Below the pieces are notes generated by a model. It searched no databases, was not told the origin of the DNA, and was given only the letters and a program-made list of their open reading frames with translations. From Gammaproteobacteria bacterium (GTDB taxonomy: Bacteria; Pseudomonadota; Gammaproteobacteria; CAJXQU01), in NCBI GenBank assembly GCA_965238175.1, contig CBDEGZ010000003.1, positions 2,528,001 to 2,592,000 on the forward strand: DNA of 64,000 nt. Reading direction: 5' to 3'. The translations under genes and the position numbers were made by a program. Of the stretch, positions 59,700-64,000 are shown piece by piece (the first letter of the stretch is position 1; every line of letters begins with the position of its first letter).

Positions 59700-61361
59700 T
59701 TAATCCTCAGCCTGTAATTTCAAACCAACCGATCTTAAAGCGGCTTCACGTGTCCAAAGAACATGCTGCTTATCCATTGGCCGAAGAATATCCAGGCTCT
59801 GCATAATTTTATAAACCTCATCATCAAACCCACACAAATAAATATCACGATCACTTTCGACATGCGTTAGGATAATATCTTCGATGGCTTTACATGATGT
59901 TGTGTCGATTAAATGTACGTCGGTCAAATCAAGCACCAGCATGTCATAGTCATCTATGTTAGCTAATTGCTTACCCATTTCTCTAGCCGCACCAAAACTG
60001 ATTGGTCCGGTTAAATGGAAAAGTAATACACGACCGTCCGCCGCTTTCATAATTGCCGCTTCTTCATCTGTTAGAGGTGTTTCATCACTCGGTCCTCTAA
60101 TCAGATTTATATTCTCAACTTGTAGACCATGGAGTCGGTTAACCAGAATTAAACAAGAAGCAACAATACCGGCACCCACTGCTGTAATTAAATCGACAAA
60201 TACAGTGATCAACAAAACCGCGATCATAATCAGAACATCTATACGCGGCGCAGTAGTGAGCCGCTTCACATAATCCCAATCAATAATGTCATAACCCACT
60301 TTGATCAAAATACCGGCAAGTACCGCATGCGGAATACTTTCTGCTAGCGAACCTAAACCGAGAACAATCGCCAGTAGAATAACTGAATGTAGCCCACCTG
60401 AGATCGGTGTTCTACCGCCAGCACGAATATTCACAACCGTTCGCATTGTTGCGCCTGCACCCGGTAGTCCCCAGAAAAAACCGGCAATCGTATTGCCGAT
60501 ACCCTGACCTATCAGCTCACGATCTGAATTATGGATTGTTCGTGTTTTATTATCCGCAACTAATGATGTAAGTAACGAGTCAATCGCCCCTAGAAGTGCA
60601 AGTACAAATGCTGATTTCAACATATCAACGATTAATTCCGGTGAATAAGTAGGCAGATGAAATTCAGGCGCACCCGTTGGTATATCACCTATGATTTTCA
60701 CATTGCCACCTTTGGCTAGAAAAAATAGATACATAATCGTGCCGACAATCAACGCTAACAACGATCCGGGAATAATTTTATTAAAGCGGGCGGGCCAGAA
60801 CCAGACAATTACTAAGGTCAATAAGCCAAGAATTGTTGCATCAAATATTGGGTTCGAGAGTAGGCCTGGCAAATTGCTAAATGCACCAAGAATACCGCCA
60901 TCTTTCGTTGTTTCGTGCCCAACCAACGGAGCAAGCTGAAGAATAATAATAATAACGCCAATACCACTCATGAAACCTGATAGCACTGGATAGGGTACAA
61001 AATCAATATAACGCCCGAGTTTTAAAACCCCCATCAGAATTTGGATCAACCCACCCAGAATCACGACAGTAAATGCAGTTGCCAAACCTGTCTCAGGATC
61101 CGCTGCTATGTATTGCAAAATAATCGCAGTCATAACCACCGTCATAGGTCCCGTAGGGCCAGAAACTTGCGATGGCGTCCCGCCAAATATTGCCGCAAAA
61201 AATCCAACAATAATTGCTCCATACATACCATAGATTGCACCGGCACCAGAGGCTACGCCGAAAGCTAGCGCTAAAGGGAGTGCAACAACAGCTGCTGTAA
61301 CCCCTCCGTAGATATCCCCACGTATATTACGAAAATGTAATCCATGTACTAATTGTGTCAT
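59700..61361 (-). CDS. SulP/SLC26 anion transporter (BicA-like) with STAS domain
   Basis: RGD.YGGVTAAVVALPLALAFGVASG, SGPTGPM, LGAIDSLLTS, GAGATMRTVVNI. Confidence 0.88.
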   Translation of the reverse strand: MTQLVHGLHFRNIRGDIYGGVTAAVVALPLALAFGVASGAGAIYGMYGAIIVGFFAAIFGGTPSQVSGPTGPMTVVMTAIILQYIAADPETGLATAFTVVILGGLIQILMGVLKLGRYIDFVPYPVLSGFMSGIGVIIIILQLAPLVGHETTKDGGILGAFSNLPGLLSNPIFDATILGLLTLVIVWFWPARFNKIIPGSLLALIVGTIMYLFFLAKGGNVKIIGDIPTGAPEFHLPTYSPELIVDMLKSAFVLALLGAIDSLLTSLVADNKTRTIHNSDRELIGQGIGNTIAGFFWGLPGAGATMRTVVNIRAGGRTPISGGLHSVILLAIVLGLGSLAESIPHAVLAGILIKVGYDIIDWDYVKRLTTAPRIDVLIMIAVLLITVFVDLITAVGAGIVASCLILVNRLHGLQVENINLIRGPSDETPLTDEEAAIMKAADGRVLLFHLTGPISFGAAREMGKQLANIDDYDMLVLDLTDVHLIDTTSCKAIEDIILTHVESDRDIYLCGFDDEVYKIMQSLDILRPMDKQHVLWTREAALRSVGLKLQAED

Positions 61362-61638
61362 TTTTCCTCTCTTCACTTAATCTTAAAACATGTGAGTATT
61401 TAATTTATTCTTATTTTAATTATTCAGGCTAACTTTTTTGACCAGGCTTGACTAAAACCAGATCTGGAGCCTTTAAGAAAACTATGTTAGTTTTACACAC
61501 TTGTAACACAAGTAGGGGATGTCTATTCTGAGATCATCTTTGAAACACTCTGTTTCCATCCCAACTTCACTATAGTATTACTTACTGATTATTTAATACT
61601 TTTGATATTTATTTTTCCAACCAGGCGGAATAGATTAT

Positions 61639-62922
61639 ATGACATCATCGACAAATTCATCCAGTAAAAAAGAAATTTTACACGATGTACCGAATCCATT
61701 TTGTGGAACGCTTCCAGATGATCTTAAGGTCGAAGTGTCTAACAATGAACTAAAAGTAATCAATACTTCTTGCCCAATTACCACTGCGGGTTTTGAACGA
61801 AAACTGCCTAAAAATTCAAACCCTCAAATCAATGGTAAAAATGTGGATATAGATCAAGCCATTGCTAAAGCGGCCAGTCTGATCAAAAAATCCAGTTGTA
61901 CACTCTTTGGTGGACTCGGTACCGATGTCTCTGGCAATCGAAATATTCTTAGAACAGCCGACAAGGTCGGGGGCGTAGTTGATCATATGCTCGGTGATGG
62001 CATCCTGCGTAATGTATTGGCGATGAGTGATCGTGGTTGGGTAATGACCACTTTAACCGAGATCAAAAACCGTGCGGATTTGATCGTTTTTGTTGGAACC
62101 GATGCAACTGAACACTCTCGTTTTCATGAGCGCGTGATCTGGAATAAAGACGCTATGTTTGTAAAGCCAAGTGAACGTGAAATCGTTTATCTCGGCAAAA
62201 AACTTAATACTAAACCTGGCATCTCGCCAAGTGGCAGAAAACCATTTACCATCCCTTGTGATATTGATCAGTTACCTAGCGTGATAAACACACTACATGC
62301 ACTAATAGAAGGTCATTCACTGCAGGCAAAAAAATCAGGCGGTGCGACTATTGCTAACCTGCAAAAACTGGCGGATAAAATTGATGCAGCTAATTATCCA
62401 GTTTTTGTCTGGTCACCACCGAAACTCGGCTTTGATAATGCAGAATTAGCCGTTGGCGCCATCTCAGATATCGTGCGCAAATTGACAGCAACAAAACGCG
62501 CAGCAGGATTTTCCCTCGGCGGTGGAGAAGGTGCGGCAACAGCTATCGCAGTCTCCACATGGCAAACGGGTTACCCACTACGTGTCAGCTTTGCTAAAGG
62601 ACACCCAGAATATAATCCAACACGTTTTAGCATCAGCGAAATGTTGTCTTCTGGTCAAGCCGATACTTTAGTGTGGATCTCCACCATCTCGTCAAATAAA
62701 TTACCCCCTGAAACCGATATACCAACGATTGTTATCGGTGAACCAGGAATGAAACTCAAAACCACACCTGATGTATTTATCCCAGCTGGAACACCGGGTA
62801 TCGATCACAAAGGTCTAATGGTTCGAGTCGATGCTGTCGTTTCACTCTCATTAAAAAAACTTCGCGATGTTGGACTACCTAGTGTGGCTCATATCTTCGA
62901 CAAAATTCATCAAGCACTTTAA
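61639..62922 (+). CDS. fhcB: formyltransferase/hydrolase complex subunit B
   Basis: PFCG...DDL, GGLGTD, TTL.E.KNRADL, WQTGYPLR, P.GTPGIDH.G..RVD. Confidence 0.88.
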   Translation: MTSSTNSSSKKEILHDVPNPFCGTLPDDLKVEVSNNELKVINTSCPITTAGFERKLPKNSNPQINGKNVDIDQAIAKAASLIKKSSCTLFGGLGTDVSGNRNILRTADKVGGVVDHMLGDGILRNVLAMSDRGWVMTTLTEIKNRADLIVFVGTDATEHSRFHERVIWNKDAMFVKPSEREIVYLGKKLNTKPGISPSGRKPFTIPCDIDQLPSVINTLHALIEGHSLQAKKSGGATIANLQKLADKIDAANYPVFVWSPPKLGFDNAELAVGAISDIVRKLTATKRAAGFSLGGGEGAATAIAVSTWQTGYPLRVSFAKGHPEYNPTRFSISEMLSSGQADTLVWISTISSNKLPPETDIPTIVIGEPGMKLKTTPDVFIPAGTPGIDHKGLMVRVDAVVSLSLKKLRDVGLPSVAHIFDKIHQAL

Positions 62923-62936
62923 GTAAAGGATTCTAT

Positions 62937-64000
62937 ATGTTGATCAAATTATCCGGTGGCAAAGTTTATGATCCCATAAACAGTGTCAACGGCCAGATAA
63001 AAGATATTTTCATTCGGGATGGCCGCATTGTCGGTAAACCTAGCAGCGATGAAACCATTGATGAAACCTACGATGTTCGAGGCCGAGTGGTCATGGCAGG
63101 TGGGATCGACCCACACACACATATTGGTGGCGGAAAAGTAAATATCGCCCGAATGATGTTGCCAGAAGATCATGAACAAGACTTAGTTAAACATACACCG
63201 CTTACCCGTGCAGGTTGTGGCCATGCCGCCCCGTCTACGTTAACAGCGGGTTATCGCTATGTAGAAATGGGTTATACCGCAGGTTTTGAGCCTGCCATGC
63301 TACAAGCAAATGCCCGACAAGCACATATGGAAATGGCCGATACCCCCATTATTGATAAGGGTGCTTATGTCATGCTCGGTAACGATGACATGTTCATGCG
63401 CATGATGGCCGAAGGTGTCGAACAAGAAGTCATGAACAATTATGTGGGTTGGACGATTTCCAACTTCCAAGCCATGGCCGTTAAAGTGGTTAATCCTGGT
63501 GGCATCAGTGCTTTCAAATTCAACCAACGACAACTCGATCTAGATGAACAACATACTCATTATCAAATCACTCCACGTGAAGTCCTAAAAACCCTGTCAC
63601 GATCATTAGTTGATCTAAAAGTACCACATCCATTACATGTTCATGGTTGTAACCTGGGTGTTCCGGGCAATGTTGAAACTACCTTGGAAACCATTCGCGG
63701 CATGGATGGTTTACCGATGCACATGACTCATATTCAGTTTCACAGTTTTGCCACTGAAGGCGATAAAAATTTCTCCTCTGGTGCGGCTCGCATTGCAGAA
63801 ATGGTTAACCAGCACAAAAACATCTCCATCGACGTTGGGCAGATTATGTTCAACCAGACGGTTACAGCCTCTGGTGATTCTATGCGTCAATACGCCGGGC
63901 ATTCACATGGTAGCCCGAAAAAGTTTGTCGTCATGGATATCGAATGTGATAACGGTTGTGGTGTTGTTCCTTTTAAATATTCTGATAAAAGTTTCGTTAA
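62937..64000 (+). CDS. fhcA: formyltransferase/hydrolase complex subunit A (partial, runs off the window)
   Basis: own translation from ATG 62937 (AAGGA RBS): MLIKLSGGKVYDP...MAGGIDPHTHIGGGK...GYRYVEMGYT...VKVVNPGG...HVHGCNLGVPGN. Confidence 0.92.
   Translation, partial: MLIKLSGGKVYDPINSVNGQIKDIFIRDGRIVGKPSSDETIDETYDVRGRVVMAGGIDPHTHIGGGKVNIARMMLPEDHEQDLVKHTPLTRAGCGHAAPSTLTAGYRYVEMGYTAGFEPAMLQANARQAHMEMADTPIIDKGAYVMLGNDDMFMRMMAEGVEQEVMNNYVGWTISNFQAMAVKVVNPGGISAFKFNQRQLDLDEQHTHYQITPREVLKTLSRSLVDLKVPHPLHVHGCNLGVPGNVETTLETIRGMDGLPMHMTHIQFHSFATEGDKNFSSGAARIAEMVNQHKNISIDVGQIMFNQTVTASGDSMRQYAGHSHGSPKKFVVMDIECDNGCGVVPFKYSDKSFV

Noticed and set aside
61680-61730. loss of Fe-S cysteines in FhcB (NPFCGTLPDDL)
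   Set aside because: degeneration of the FwdB-like cofactor site is already known for bacterial FhcB
1-64000. CRISPR array, tRNA or rRNA genes
   Set aside because: no regularly spaced repeat-spacer series, cloverleaf or rRNA-like sequence seen

Overview
AT-rich gammaproteobacterial chromosomal window. It starts with a truncated CzcA-type RND remnant, then ybiT, a spondin-domain gene with its two-component system, a SWIB protein, tal, maeA, a DUF2130-type protein, mazG, an HNH nuclease, an Lpp/OprI lipoprotein with an L,D-transpeptidase, and a pdsS-pdsR-pdsO locus without an adjacent sortase or sortase target. Next come a CheW-CZB hybrid and truncated haemoglobin, a BON-like/repeat protein pair, a cobalamin riboswitch-led B12 uptake cluster (btuB, Dph6-like ATPase, BtuF-like, btuM, cobO), a cusCBA-type efflux operon with a Cys/RAPP leader, rlmB and ffh. 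It ends in a large tetrahydromethanopterin/methylofuran C1-oxidation cluster (orf21, pabB, orf9, orf1, orf17, fae, orf7, orf5, mch, orfY, mtdB, mptG, SulP, fhcB, partial fhcA). Two 1226-bp IS481-family copies are present, and one splits a small gene that can be reconstructed in frame. The most interesting unannotated signals are non-coding: two candidate sRNAs in one intergenic gap (a CsrA-sponge-like RNA and a sigma54-promoted RNA with an anti-SD tract), a ~160-bp palindromic MITE family inserted at gene ends, and an 11-bp-phased operator. Several genes show recent lesions. No CRISPR array, rRNA or tRNA was seen. All calls come from reading motifs by eye, with no database searches.
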